From positions 2,832-66,831 of the forward strand of contig CAVYWA010000022.1 in NCBI GenBank assembly GCA_963772165.1: a DNA stretch of 64,000 nucleotides. The letters are read 5' to 3'. A program made the position numbers and the translations under genes. Shown here piece by piece: positions 9,733 through 20,274 of the stretch (position 1 is the stretch's first letter; each line of letters begins with the position of its first letter). This DNA comes from an uncultured Bacteroidota bacterium. GTDB lineage: Bacteria; Bacteroidota; Ignavibacteria; UBA10030; UBA8401. The notes beneath the pieces are model-generated. The model made no database searches. It saw nothing but the letters and a program-made list of their open reading frames with translations, and was not told the origin of the DNA.

Positions 9733-9801
9733 CGATTGGATACGCGTGTGCGAATGAACGGGAAAAGAGGGCTAAAACAAAATAGAGATTATTGGGCGAT
9801 G

Positions 9802-10767
9802 TTAGCTATTTTCTAACTTCAACCTTTTTTTAAAGTACTCGATTGTCCGCAACAATCCTTCTTTACGGGATATTTGCGGCTCCCAGCCGAGCACGCTTTT
9901 CGCTTTTGAAATATCCGGCTGCCGAATCTTGGGGTCGTCCTGGGGAAGCTCTTTGAAAATGATTGTGCTCGAGCTGTGAGTCAATTGAACGATCTCTTTC
10001 GCGAGCTGAAGCATCGTCAACTCGGCGGGATTCCCGATGTTCATCGGAAGAGTGTACTCGGACATCATTAATTTGAAAATGCCGTCGATGAGATCAGAAA
10101 CATAACAGACGCTTCGTGTTTGGCTCCCGTCGCCGAAGACCGTAATATCTTCTCCCCGCAGCGCTTGTGAGATGAAAGCCGGAATAGCCCGGCCATCGTC
10201 GACCCTCATCCGTTCACCATAGGTATTAAAAATTCTTATGATTCGTGTCTCTACCCCATGATAGCGGTGATACGCCATCGTCATCGCCTCGGCAAATCGT
10301 TTCGCTTCGTCATACACGCCGCGCGGCCCGACCGGATTGACATGCCCCCAGTATTCTTCGACCTGCGGATGAATTTCAGGGTCGCCGTACACTTCCGATG
10401 TTGATGCGAGAAAGAACCGGGCATTCTTGGCCTTCGCTAATCCCAGTGCTTTGTGTGTTCCGAGAGAACCGACCTTCAGGGTCTGGATCGGAAGCTTTAA
10501 ATAATCGATGGGACTAGCCGGCGATGCAAAATGAAACACATAATCTACCCTGCCGTCGAGAAAGATGTACTCCGTAACATCATGATGAAAAAAGCTGAAG
10601 TGGGTATTGCCCAGCAAGTGTGCAATGTTTGCGGTGTCGCCTGTAATAAGATTATCGATACAGATAACGGAATGGCCTTCGGCAAGAAGTCTGTCGCAAA
10701 GATGCGATCCAAGAAAGCCAGCCCCGCCTGTGACGACGGAGGTTTTATTGGTTGGAGAAGAAGTCAC
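9802..10767 (-). CDS. UDP-glucuronate decarboxylase (UDP-xylose synthase) family SDR
   Basis: [53 protein letters not shown]. Confidence 0.9.
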   Translation of the reverse strand: MTSSPTNKTSVVTGGAGFLGSHLCDRLLAEGHSVICIDNLITGDTANIAHLLGNTHFSFFHHDVTEYIFLDGRVDYVFHFASPASPIDYLKLPIQTLKVGSLGTHKALGLAKAKNARFFLASTSEVYGDPEIHPQVEEYWGHVNPVGPRGVYDEAKRFAEAMTMAYHRYHGVETRIIRIFNTYGERMRVDDGRAIPAFISQALRGEDITVFGDGSQTRSVCYVSDLIDGIFKLMMSEYTLPMNIGNPAELTMLQLAKEIVQLTHSSSTIIFKELPQDDPKIRQPDISKAKSVLGWEPQISRKEGLLRTIEYFKKRLKLENS

Positions 10768-10777
10768 GATTTATAGT

Positions 10778-10830
10778 CGAATAGTGGAATGATGGAATAA
10801 TGGAATAGTGGAATGGTGGAATGGTGAAAT
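10778..10830. repeat. Octamer array (GGAATRRT)n, downstream arm of the inverted pair
   Basis: CGAATAGT GGAATGAT GGAATAAT GGAATAGT GGAATGGT GGAATGGT GAAAT. Confidence 0.93.
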
Positions 10831-11243
10831 CATAGGGCTTCTATCCAACTTCCTTCTTTCTGCTTAGCCTGCAATGATTTCTTCAACGCAAGCAATTTAT
10901 TTTCGACCGAATAATGCAAAACATCGAATTCTTCAAACGATGTCTTTGAGATAACTCCGATTTCTTTGAATCCAATCATCCTTGTAAATAATTCTCCTGA
11001 GGATCCGAGGGCAATATTCAAAAATTGAAGATATTCTCGAATCGACCTTCGACAATAACCTTCTGCAATGTTTGAAGAAACTGATTGTGCAGCATTCAAA
11101 AGCTGAGATCGTAATTTAAAATCGACGAATCCCTCTTCCAGGATGAGGCTGCAAATCCAGCGAAACAAATACATCGCCTCATTCCACACCTCTAACTTCA
11201 TATATCCCCTGTTTACATTCCTGCGCCTTGTATATTCCTCCAT
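10830..11243 (-). CDS. Four helix bundle protein (23S rRNA IVS-protein / Avd-like family)
   Basis: GYMKLEVWNEA..LRSQLLNAAQSVSSNIAEGYCRRSIREYLQFLNIALGSSGEL. Confidence 0.92.
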   Translation of the reverse strand: MEEYTRRRNVNRGYMKLEVWNEAMYLFRWICSLILEEGFVDFKLRSQLLNAAQSVSSNIAEGYCRRSIREYLQFLNIALGSSGELFTRMIGFKEIGVISKTSFEEFDVLHYSVENKLLALKKSLQAKQKEGSWIEAL

Positions 11244-11252
11244 AAAACACCC

Positions 11253-11308
11253 CCAATTCCATTATTCCACTATTCCCCCATTCCATAATTCCACCATTCC
11301 AATATTCC
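11253..11308. repeat. Octamer array (CCANNATT)n, upstream arm of the inverted pair
   Basis: CCATTATT CCACTATT CCCCCATT CCATAATT CCACCATT CCAATATT CC; reverse complement of 10778-10830. Confidence 0.93.
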
Positions 11309-11319
11309 GTCCCCCCAAC

Positions 11320-12628
11320 TCATTCCCCATTCCTTCCGATTCCGAAATAGGTAAACCCTCTCTCCCGCATCAGTTTCGGGTCGTAAATATTCCGCCCGTC
11401 AAAAATGACCGGGTGCTTCATCAACGATTTTACCCTCTCAAAATCGGGACGTCGAAACTCGTTCCACTCGGTAATGACGGCGAGCGCATCGGCGCCTTTC
11501 AACGCCTCGTAGTTGTTGTCGAAGAAATCTACTTTCCCGCCGAACAAGCCCCTCATTTTTGAAATTGCAATCGGATCGTGAGCTCGTATTTTAGCGCCAA
11601 GCTCTAATAAGCTGTTAATGACGACAACCGCAGGCGCTTCTCGTATGTCATCGGTTTGCGGTTTAAAGGAGAGCCCCCAGATGGCGATGACTTTTTGCTT
11701 AATCTGATTGTTGAAATGGCGAAGCATTTTTTTGACAATCAGCCGTTTCTGCCTCTCATTAACTTCATCGACCGCCCGCAATATTTTGAATTCATACTCA
11801 TGCTCTTGTGCAGTTTTGATCAATGCTTTGACATCTTTAGGAAAACAAGAGCCGCCGTAACCGACTCCGGCAAAAAGAAACTGCTGGCCGATGCGCGGAT
11901 CACTTCCCATCCCCTTCCTCACCCACTCAACGTCAGCACCGGACTTATCACAGAGATTTGCAAGCTCGTTCATAAACGAGATTTTCGTCGCGAGGAATGA
12001 ATTCGCCGCATATTTTGTCATTTCGGCGCTCCATTCGTCCATCACCATAATTGGATTTCCCGTCCGTACGAACGGCGCATACACATCCATCAACACCGAA
12101 ATGGCCTTCTTACTTTTTGAGCCGATAACAATTCTGTCGGGTTTGAGGGAATCCTCGATTGCCGAACCCTCTTTTAAAAATTCAGGGTTCGAGACAACAT
12201 CAACTTCTTGTTTCCCTTTCTTTTTCAAAATCTGGCGAATTTTATCGACCGTCCCGACCGGAACTGTGCTCTTGCTGACAAGAATCTTATATTCGTTGGC
12301 GTACAGTTGCAATCTGATCGACGACCGCCAACACACGTGTCAAATCAGCCGAGCCGTCGTCCGACTGAGGCGTCGGCAGACAAAGAAAGATTACTTTTCC
12401 ACGCTCGACTGCCGCTTTGAGCGATGTCGTAAACTCAAGCCGCTTCTCCTGGGCGTTTCGCCGTACGAGCTCCTCAAGGCCCGGTTCGTAGATCGGGATG
12501 ATCCCTTTTTTCAAGTTCGAGATTTTCTTTTCGTCGATGTCCATGCACATAACGGAGTTGCCGGTGTCGGCAAAACAGGCACCCTGCACTAACCCGACGT
12601 ACCCTGTTCCTATAATCGATATTTCCAT
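11320..12628 (-). CDS. ugd: UDP-glucose 6-dehydrogenase (frameshift near 12290-12335)
   Basis: Two ORFs: GTGYVGL..IYEPGL..CLPTP and KSTVPVGT..SNPEFLKEG..GYGGSCFPKD..SFKPQTDDIRE. Confidence 0.93.
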
Positions 12629-12635
12629 CTTTTTT

Positions 12636-12682
12636 TAGTTCGTAGTTTTAGTATTCAGTTCGTAGTCCGAAGTCCGTGGTCG
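12636..12682. repeat. Degenerate heptamer array (AGTTCGT/AGTCCGA/AGTCCGT) upstream of ugd
   Basis: TAGTTCGTAGTTTTAGTATTCAGTTCGTAGTCCGAAGTCCGTGGTCG. Confidence 0.7.
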
Positions 12683-12975
12683 ATGCTTATCGCTTGCAAA
12701 TCCAACATTTCATCTTTCCACGATTCTCGCTGCTTACTCCAAAATTCTTATTGAACAAAGAACCTGCCCCTTCAAGCATTATTGAGGGTTCACAGCCTCG
12801 TAAAGGGTAGTCAACATTATCTTCCGGCTACTGCTATGGTATATGAGCGGCTTCAATCCTTCTTGACAAAGGTAGGGAAAAAAGGAAGGAAAAGAAATAA
12901 GTAAATTACAAAGTCAGGTCTTTACGAAAACCGCATCGATGGGTTTCAAAATTATATAGGTAAAGCTTTTGTTTT

Positions 12976-13005
12976 TCCCATTATTCCAATCTTCCGCGAT
13001 TCCAT
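12976..13005. repeat. Short orphan octamer array (CCANNATT-like)
   Basis: CCATTATT CCAATCTT CCGCGATT CCA. Confidence 0.55.
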
Positions 13006-13046
13006 ACGCTGATACCTGTTTCCTGAATCCTGCTCATTGTTCATCG

Positions 13047-14483
13047 TCAATACGCCCCTTTGCTGAAGAGCACTACCGGGACCGTCTCAAAGATGATTTC
13101 CAGGTCAAACATGAGCGAATGATTCTCAACATAGTATAAATCGAGAAGGATCATTTCTCTAAATTTCACGTCGCTTCTTCCCGACACCTGCCACAACCCT
13201 GTCATGCCGGGTTTAACGCAGGCACGATCCTGCACTGTTTCCCAAAATTCGTCGGATTCATGGAATTTTTCGATATCGCAGAGCGGTAACGGCCTCGGTC
13301 CCACCAAACTCATGTCACCCTTCAACACATTGAACAATTGCGGAAGCTCATCGATGCTCAGTTTGCGGATGATGCCGCCAACCCTCGTAACGCGGGGGTC
13401 GTTTTTCATTTTAAACAACACACCGTCAGTTTCATTATTGTCGAGTAACTCCTCTTTCATTTGTTCCGCATTGTCGACCATGCTGCGGAATTTAATGAAG
13501 TCGAATTCTTTCCCTCCTTTTATGCTTGTCCGTCGTTGGAGAAAAAAAATAGGTCGGCCGCTCTCTATATAGATGGCAAGAAAGGTGAAGAAAAAAATCG
13601 GGCTGAACAAAATTATTCCAATCGAAGCTCCAACAATATCAAACACTCTCTTGAAAAATAATTTAACAGCATCGACATGATATCGCGGCGGAGTCGTAAG
13701 CGTAATTCCCGCGATGTCATAGATCCGCGCAATTTCGAGCAGCTCTTCGGCTTGCGGCGATAATATTTTCAGTTTGATGTTATGTTTCTCGCTGATGCGT
13801 TTAAGGTGAGAGTAACCATTCACAACCATTTCCGACGTAGGAATGAAGATTCGATCGATTGAATAATTCTTTATCGTTTCTTCAATTTGATCGAACGTAA
13901 ATTGCGGCTGCAATGAGCTCTGAGGGTTGATAGTTTTCGTCACGAAACCTCTCACCCTGTACCCAAGCTCGGGCAATGAGGTAAACCGGCGAAAGATTGT
14001 GAAGGCATTGTGCTCATAACCCACGATCAAAGAATTATGAACGCCAAAACCGAGGTTCTGAAAAAATAAATTGATACGGCGAAGAAGAATCCTACCCAGG
14101 ACAAAAAAGAATGGGAGGGAAAAGAGGAAAACCACCAACGCGTGCCGGTCGACATAAAGATCATTCAAGAGAGAGGTGATCGTCAAAGTTACAAGAGCGC
14201 AAAGAATGTACCCGCGTACCATGATCAGGTTTTGCAGACTGAGGCTGAGATGGAATGAGCCGCGGTACAATCCCATCATCACCGCGATGGTAATGTAGAC
14301 CACCATAAAAATGAGGAAACATGTGAGAAGGATATCGTTCGCGGTATGCGTCCCGAGATGAGAAAACCGCTTCAGCCATACAACGAGGCTGGCAGAGGCG
14401 GCCATCGCGAGAATATCAATCAATTGCGATATGGCGACGAACAATATTTTCCAGTTGCGTTTGAGCATAGAGTGGAGCAACAA
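13047..14483 (-). CDS. Priming undecaprenyl-phosphate glycosylphosphotransferase (WcaJ/WbaP-like)
   Basis: N-terminal TM helices; KRVFDI, KFRSM, DPRVTRVG, SIDELPQLFNVLKGDMSLVGPRP, KPGMTGLWQVSGRS. Confidence 0.95.
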   Translation of the reverse strand: MLLHSMLKRNWKILFVAISQLIDILAMAASASLVVWLKRFSHLGTHTANDILLTCFLIFMVVYITIAVMMGLYRGSFHLSLSLQNLIMVRGYILCALVTLTITSLLNDLYVDRHALVVFLFSLPFFFVLGRILLRRINLFFQNLGFGVHNSLIVGYEHNAFTIFRRFTSLPELGYRVRGFVTKTINPQSSLQPQFTFDQIEETIKNYSIDRIFIPTSEMVVNGYSHLKRISEKHNIKLKILSPQAEELLEIARIYDIAGITLTTPPRYHVDAVKLFFKRVFDIVGASIGIILFSPIFFFTFLAIYIESGRPIFFLQRRTSIKGGKEFDFIKFRSMVDNAEQMKEELLDNNETDGVLFKMKNDPRVTRVGGIIRKLSIDELPQLFNVLKGDMSLVGPRPLPLCDIEKFHESDEFWETVQDRACVKPGMTGLWQVSGRSDVKFREMILLDLYYVENHSLMFDLEIIFETVPVVLFSKGAY

Positions 14484-14667
14484 TATAAAAAATTAATTTT
14501 AAAAAAGTCGCTCATTATGAAGATTTTCCGTCGGAGATGCCCCTTTTTTGCCCCATTCTTTGAGCAATGGACACCTGACGAGGAGTTTACGGCTCTCAAC
14601 CTTCATAGGCCACGCCTGAACACGGTTGATCATCAAATAGCAATCTCAGAGACCATGAGGGTTCCCC

Positions 14668-15537
14668 CTATGAGTCCTTGAGCACGATCGGGTATTCCAT
14701 TAAAAATTTCTCAGTTGCTGTCTGCCAGTGATTTATCGTAACGCCAAGGTCTCTTTGCAAAGCAGCATTAGACATTGGGGAAAAAAGCGGACGTTGAGCA
14801 ACGCTCGGGAATGTAGCCATCGGAACAGGAATAATAATTGTCTGCGGAGAGAGCAAACGGACAACATACCTTCCCCATTCATACCGAGAGGCATAATCCG
14901 AACTCGTGAGATGGTACAACCCTTTCAACCCTTTTTCTAACGAGAGCAATGACAGAGAAACCAAATCCAACGTGCTCGTAGGCACTGAAACCTCATCGCA
15001 GCTTAATTTCAGAACAGGATTTTTCTGTGCCCATTGCTTCATCTTATAGATAAAATTTTGAGTGCCGCTGCCGAAGACCCAGCTGGTTCTAAAAAGAAGG
15101 TATGAGCCGCCGTACTTCTGCACCGCCTCTTCGCCCGCCAGCTTGCTTTTCCCGTATACGTTTAACGGGTTGGGAGTATCGTGTTCAGTGTACCGATCAT
15201 CTTTCTTTCCGTCAAACACATAATCCGAACTATAATGGATGAAGAAGATACCATGGTGCGCACAAAGTTTGGCGATGTGTTCAACCGCCGTACCATTAAT
15301 TAAATACGCCCTCTCCGGTTGTTGTTCGGCTTGATCCACGGCATTGTACGCCGCGCAGTTGATGATGATCGTCGGGGCTAAAGATTCGACATACCGGGCA
15401 AGTTTATCGAAGCTCGTGATGTCGCATTCCTTCTCTTCGGGAGCAATAACTTTCTCTCCCCGGGCTGCAAGTTCTTTCTTGAACTGCATGCCCAATTGGC
15501 CGTTTGCACCGAGGATAAGGAACGTTCGATTACTCAT
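14668..15537 (-). CDS. rfbD: dTDP-4-dehydrorhamnose reductase
   Basis: GANGQLG, NCAAYNAVD, SSDYVFDG, PLNVYGKSKLAGE. Confidence 0.93.
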   Translation of the reverse strand: MSNRTFLILGANGQLGMQFKKELAARGEKVIAPEEKECDITSFDKLARYVESLAPTIIINCAAYNAVDQAEQQPERAYLINGTAVEHIAKLCAHHGIFFIHYSSDYVFDGKKDDRYTEHDTPNPLNVYGKSKLAGEEAVQKYGGSYLLFRTSWVFGSGTQNFIYKMKQWAQKNPVLKLSCDEVSVPTSTLDLVSLSLLSLEKGLKGLYHLTSSDYASRYEWGRYVVRLLSPQTIIIPVPMATFPSVAQRPLFSPMSNAALQRDLGVTINHWQTATEKFLMEYPIVLKDS

Positions 15538-15705
15538 AATATCATGGATTTATGAAACAATATGTAACCGCGAACACATTTGCCATTTTTTTCCCCTCCC
15601 GAAGAAAGGCTCGTGTCTGAAAAAGAAAAAGCCATGAACCATTGGCACCGCGCAATGGATTCGGTGTTAACGAAAGCAGTTGCTTTTCACCCGTAAGTAC
15701 ATTAG

Positions 15706-16258
15706 TCAGGTGTAGGTAAAATCACCCCCCAGATTTTTAAGAAGAGTCCCTTGTTGATCTTTCTTTGATACAATCGGTTGTTCTACTTTCCAATCAATGT
15801 GCAAGTCTGGATCGTTGTAGAGGAGTGTTCTCTCTGAGTCTTTATTATAATACTCGAGTACACTTATAGCTAAAAATAGCCTCATCGGATAAGACGCAGA
15901 ACCCATGCGCGAAACCGATGGGAATATAGAGCTGATTCTTATTTTCATCGGAGAGTTCAACAGAAACGTGTTTACCGAAAAAAGGCGAGCCCTGCCGCAG
16001 ATCGACGGCAATATCCAGAACCCGGCCAAGGAGAACCTGGCAGAGTTTTCCTTGGGCATAGCTCCCGACCTGATAGTGCAAACCGCGAATGGTATGACGA
16101 ACCGAACGGGAAATGTTATCCTGAACGAAAGAAGCGGCTTTTATACTTTGAAGATATTTTTCTTCCTGGTACGATTCAAAAAAATACCCCCGGTCGTCGG
16201 AAAACACTAACGGCTGAACGACGATGATTCCCGGAATGTCGGCAGTGATAACTTTCAT
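15706..16258 (-). CDS. rfbC: dTDP-4-dehydrorhamnose 3,5-epimerase (frameshift near 15855)
   Basis: DDRGYFFESY, QDNISRS, RGLHYQ, GFAHGF, YKC; C-terminus EYYNKDSERTLLYNDPDLHIDW lies in another frame. Confidence 0.92.
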
Positions 16259-16364
16259 AAGCGTGTGAGTATGTCACCCAATTGAGAAATGGGAAAGAAG
16301 AATATTTTCCAATTACGTTTGAGAGCGAACACTGGCGGCCCTAAGACATAATGCTACTTATCGC

Positions 16365-17468
16365 TTACAAACTTTCCAAGATGTCGATATATTGACGAGC
16401 GATATCATCCCAGTTGTAGTATTTCGCTACGATTTCTCTCGTTGCTATCCTTTGGCTCTCGATCCTGCTTTGATTTTCAAGATAATACGCTAATGTTGAA
16501 CGAAAATCTTCACCGTCGCCAGTTTTGAAGGTTGCACAGGTGTTCTTTAACACCTCACGATTTTCTTCCAGATCGCTGACCAAGGCAAATCCGTTGATGA
16601 CCATAGCGCTCAAAAGTGAAGGCGATGTTCCTTCCAGAAAAGAGCAAGAGACATAGAACAATGAATCGTGCAACAGAGATTCGTACTCGTTTCCATAAAG
16701 AAATCCTGTAAAAATTATTCGTTTGTCCTGCGTGCTTCTCAAGTATGCGTCATACTCCTTATCGATTTCATTGCCTCCGACAATAACAAGTTTGACGTCC
16801 GTTCGCACCTTCTCAAAATTCTGAATAAGGAAATCGATCCCCTTTTCCTTAACAAATCTTCCAACAAAAATAATGAACTTTCTCTCCTCCAAGCCAAAGC
16901 GGGACAGCGGCGCGGATGAATATTGAAAGACGCTGTTTGCACCATAAGGAATATACACCGGTGTTTTCCCGTACTGTTCACGGTACCGTTGACAAAGAAG
17001 TTCGTTATCGACAACGAAAGAAGCAGAAAAACGAACGGCGAAACCCTTACTCATTTTGAGGAACCACCGTGCGATTGTTCCCCACTTTTCCCTTTCCCAA
17101 TCCGCCCCATCTACGACCGAAATAACAGGAATTGAAAACACTTTGTAAACGGGCAAGAAAACCGAATTCCCCACGCCGTACATGATAACGGCATCAACGC
17201 CTGAAAAAAGAGAAAAAATAACGGACAAGAAAGTGTGTGTAATGGTGTCAAGGTGTTTCGATTTGATTGAGGGCAGATAGAAAAGTCTCACACCGTTATA
17301 GGTTTGCAGCTTGGTTTTGAAATAATTGCTTCTGCAATAAACGAGCGTTTCAATCCCGTTTTGTACAAACCGGACGGCCGTCTCTTGGACGCTCGTTTCG
17401 AAGCCGCTGTAGGATGCAGGGATCCCCCGTGAACCGACAATTGCTATTTTCATTGGGAGCACAATCAC
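16365..17468 (-). CDS. GT4-family glycosyltransferase (DUF1972-type N-terminus)
   Basis: GSRGIPASYSGFET, DGADWEREKW, VGRFVKEKG, EGTSPSLLSAM. Confidence 0.85.
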   Translation of the reverse strand: MIVLPMKIAIVGSRGIPASYSGFETSVQETAVRFVQNGIETLVYCRSNYFKTKLQTYNGVRLFYLPSIKSKHLDTITHTFLSVIFSLFSGVDAVIMYGVGNSVFLPVYKVFSIPVISVVDGADWEREKWGTIARWFLKMSKGFAVRFSASFVVDNELLCQRYREQYGKTPVYIPYGANSVFQYSSAPLSRFGLEERKFIIFVGRFVKEKGIDFLIQNFEKVRTDVKLVIVGGNEIDKEYDAYLRSTQDKRIIFTGFLYGNEYESLLHDSLFYVSCSFLEGTSPSLLSAMVINGFALVSDLEENREVLKNTCATFKTGDGEDFRSTLAYYLENQSRIESQRIATREIVAKYYNWDDIARQYIDILESL

Positions 17469-18361
17469 AGATAATGATGATAATAATTCTCAACATATTC
17501 ACGCAGTGCAATTTGCCAACTGCGCATTGTATTCAATCCCCTTAAACTAAGTTTCCGGTTTAAAAGGCGTTCCGATGGGGGGCGTGCCGCAAAATATTCT
17601 TTTTTAAAGTACTCAGATGTCACGGGTGTAATTTTCACTGAGGCGGTTAAATCGAGAATCGAGAGCAGTTCCTTTGCCACCTCAAAGCGGCTTGTTTCGC
17701 CATCACACACCATATTATACAGTCCCCAATATTCCTTCTCCAAAATCATTCGGACATTTTTTGCAAAATCATGAGTATACGTTGGAGTTCCATCTTTATC
17801 ATTCACGATGAAGAGCTCTTTGTCGCCCTGTTTAATTTTCTTCATGATTTTGTTGACAAACTTCTTGTCCTTTTTAGGCCCCCCTCCCATCATCCAACCG
17901 GCGCGACAAATCAGATGCCGGCGAACATTCTCTTGGACAAAAACTTCGCCTGCGTACTTCGATCTCGCATAATGACCCAGCGGATTCGGGTCATCCCAGT
18001 CGTCATACAATGATTTCTTCCCGTCAAAAATGCCAGCAGTACTTATATATAAAAGCGGGATTTTAACCTCGTTGACAATGTGGACCGCATTTTCTACTGC
18101 TAGGGTATTGGTCGTATATGTCTCATCGGGATGAAGTTCACAATATTCCAGGTCTGTGAGCGCCCCAAGATGAAATAGGATATCCGGTTTGAAATCTTTG
18201 ATTTCTTTTCGGTAGGATTCAAAGTCTCTAAAGTCCAGATAACTTAACCAGTCTTCATTGACATCGATATCAGTACATTTGAGTGTACTTGTTTCGCAGA
18301 ATTGTTTGAAAAAGGCCTCTCCCAACATCCCGCCACAGCCGGCAATATATATTCTTTTCAT
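17465..18361 (-). CDS. RmlD-like NAD(P)-dependent sugar reductase
   Basis: GCGGMLG, STAGIFDG, PLGHYARSK; likely start MKRIYIAG. Confidence 0.8.
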   Translation of the reverse strand: MKRIYIAGCGGMLGEAFFKQFCETSTLKCTDIDVNEDWLSYLDFRDFESYRKEIKDFKPDILFHLGALTDLEYCELHPDETYTTNTLAVENAVHIVNEVKIPLLYISTAGIFDGKKSLYDDWDDPNPLGHYARSKYAGEVFVQENVRRHLICRAGWMMGGGPKKDKKFVNKIMKKIKQGDKELFIVNDKDGTPTYTHDFAKNVRMILEKEYWGLYNMVCDGETSRFEVAKELLSILDLTASVKITPVTSEYFKKEYFAARPPSERLLNRKLSLRGLNTMRSWQIALREYVENYYHHYL

Positions 18362-18365
18362 AAGA

Positions 18366-19541
18366 TCATCCAAGGTCGTTTGTCTGATGTACATTTTTTT
18401 GATGCAGCGAATCAACCGAATCTCTTAGCACTTCATAATATTTACGAGAACTCATAGACCAATCAAACTGCGCCGCTCTGTTGAGTCCCTTTTCTACTAA
18501 TTGTTCCTGCATTTCAATTGAATTGATGATCATACGTATCATTTGGGCAACTTCGTCGATATCCGTCGGATCAACAAGCACCGCAGCATCTCCGGCCACT
18601 TCTGGAATGGATGACTTGGACGATGCAAGCACCGGACAACCGCATGCCATAGCCTCTAATACCGGAAGACCGAACCCTTCATACAGTGAGAGAAAACAGA
18701 ACAATGAAGCACCGGAATAGAAGAAGGGCAGACTGTGATCTTCGACAAATCCTAATATTCTAATATCTTCCTTGTAATCACAATTCTCGATGATTTGTTG
18801 AATAAATTTATAGTTATGACCCGGTCTGCCAATGATCACAAGTTTTTTATCTGTCGTTTTTTCTTTTTTGAGCCTTATATAAGCGCTCAATAATGTAAAC
18901 AGGTTTTTGCCCGGATGGTCAACAGTCCCTACGTAAAGCAAATATGTTTTGGGGGCTAATGCATATTTGTCAAGAAAAAGGAGAACTTCATCTTTCTTTC
19001 TTGCGAAAAAAATGTGCGCATCGTAGCTGCACAACGCAACGGTAATTTTTTGGGGATCGACGCGAAGAAACTTTACAATATCGCCTTTCGACGATTCGGA
19101 AATAGTAATAATTCCATCGCTTTTGCGTGCCATAAGAGGAACGATCGCACGTCTGTACAACACTCTCAGTTTGCTAAATTTTGCAGGAACATTATATTCG
19201 ATGAGGTCATGGATAACAACAATCGCCGGGATGACCTTCCAGGTCAACAGTGAAAAATTCGGAATAAGACAGCAATCACATTTGTGTTTTTTAAGATGGT
19301 ACTGAAAAAAAAACTGATGCCAAAGGATGTTGAAAATAGGGGAAGTACAGGAAATCTTATATGCAACAAGTTTAACGTTTTCCGGCCACTCTATGTCAAG
19401 GAAGTCGTTTTGGTCATAATTCGTAAACAAGTAAAATATATCGGTTGGATGAGCTTTGGCCATTTGGACCAAGATATTTTCAATAGTCCTTCCTATTCCA
19501 GTTTTCCTCACTCCAATATATCCGCTGATGCCAATGCGCAT
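18366..19541 (-). CDS. GT4-family glycosyltransferase (WbaZ/MtfB-like)
   Basis: VVIHDL, ISESSK, SLYEGFGLPVLEAMACGCPV. Confidence 0.92.
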   Translation of the reverse strand: MRIGISGYIGVRKTGIGRTIENILVQMAKAHPTDIFYLFTNYDQNDFLDIEWPENVKLVAYKISCTSPIFNILWHQFFFQYHLKKHKCDCCLIPNFSLLTWKVIPAIVVIHDLIEYNVPAKFSKLRVLYRRAIVPLMARKSDGIITISESSKGDIVKFLRVDPQKITVALCSYDAHIFFARKKDEVLLFLDKYALAPKTYLLYVGTVDHPGKNLFTLLSAYIRLKKEKTTDKKLVIIGRPGHNYKFIQQIIENCDYKEDIRILGFVEDHSLPFFYSGASLFCFLSLYEGFGLPVLEAMACGCPVLASSKSSIPEVAGDAAVLVDPTDIDEVAQMIRMIINSIEMQEQLVEKGLNRAAQFDWSMSSRKYYEVLRDSVDSLHQKNVHQTNDLG

Positions 19542-19850
19542 GCTACTCCAATTATACGACTCATTAAAAAATACTAACGGTTCACGGTGAACAACTCCAC
19601 ACCTTCTCTGCTCGAATAATCGTCCCGAAGCACTGCACTCTGTTTACCACTTTGGGCATCCTCTGGTTCATGAGCGAAGTGGTTATGCTGCTGTTGACAG
19701 TCATGTCAACGCAAGCAAAGCTGCAAAATGTCCCCCCTTCAATTTGGGAATCCTTTCAGCTAAACCGGTTATGCTTCATCCTACCAAAGGAAACAATGCG
19801 GCATCTCGGTCACACACATGCGATGCATGGGCGTTTCATGGCAACGGTTT

Positions 19851-20210
19851 TCAAAATTTTATATTTATCAATAAAATTCCGGCCAAACAAAGAACAATGC
19901 CAATGAGCTGCGTCGCCGTAAAAGATTCCTTCAAAACGAAATAGCTCCCTAATCCTGAGACGACAAAGAACAAGGAGGTTGCCGTTGGAAACGCGACATT
20001 CAATTTATACTTTGAGAGAATAAACATCCAAAGAAGAAATCCGCACGCATATAAACCGAAGCCCGCAATAAATTCTCGCTGCAAAATAATGCCCAGCACA
20101 TTCACCGGTTTCAACGCTTTATGACTCATGGCAATTTTCAAAATAACCAGCCCCGACCCGCTGCAGAGCGCATAACCCAAAAAGAGAATAATAGTCGATA
20201 AGTCCTTCAT
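19851..20210 (-). CDS. Small 4-TM EamA/SMR-like membrane protein (ArnE/F-type flippase candidate)
   Basis: Four hydrophobic helices; LNVAFP, LKESFTATQLIGIVL. Confidence 0.7.
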   Translation of the reverse strand: MKDLSTIILFLGYALCSGSGLVILKIAMSHKALKPVNVLGIILQREFIAGFGLYACGFLLWMFILSKYKLNVAFPTATSLFFVVSGLGSYFVLKESFTATQLIGIVLCLAGILLINIKF

Positions 20211-20274
20211 TTCTGTCGCATTCCTGCTTGTTGATAGAATGGCTCTGTTGCTGTACGTTGACTCTGCGTCAGTT

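Noticed and set aside
7044-11243. Diversity-generating retroelement suggested by Avd-like proteins
   Set aside because: No reverse transcriptase in the window and no TR/VR pair with adenine-specific differences; the duplicated CTD segments are identical.
1639-12682. CRISPR array interpretation of the repeat blocks
   Set aside because: Units are 7-8 nt in tandem with no unique spacers, and no cas genes are present.
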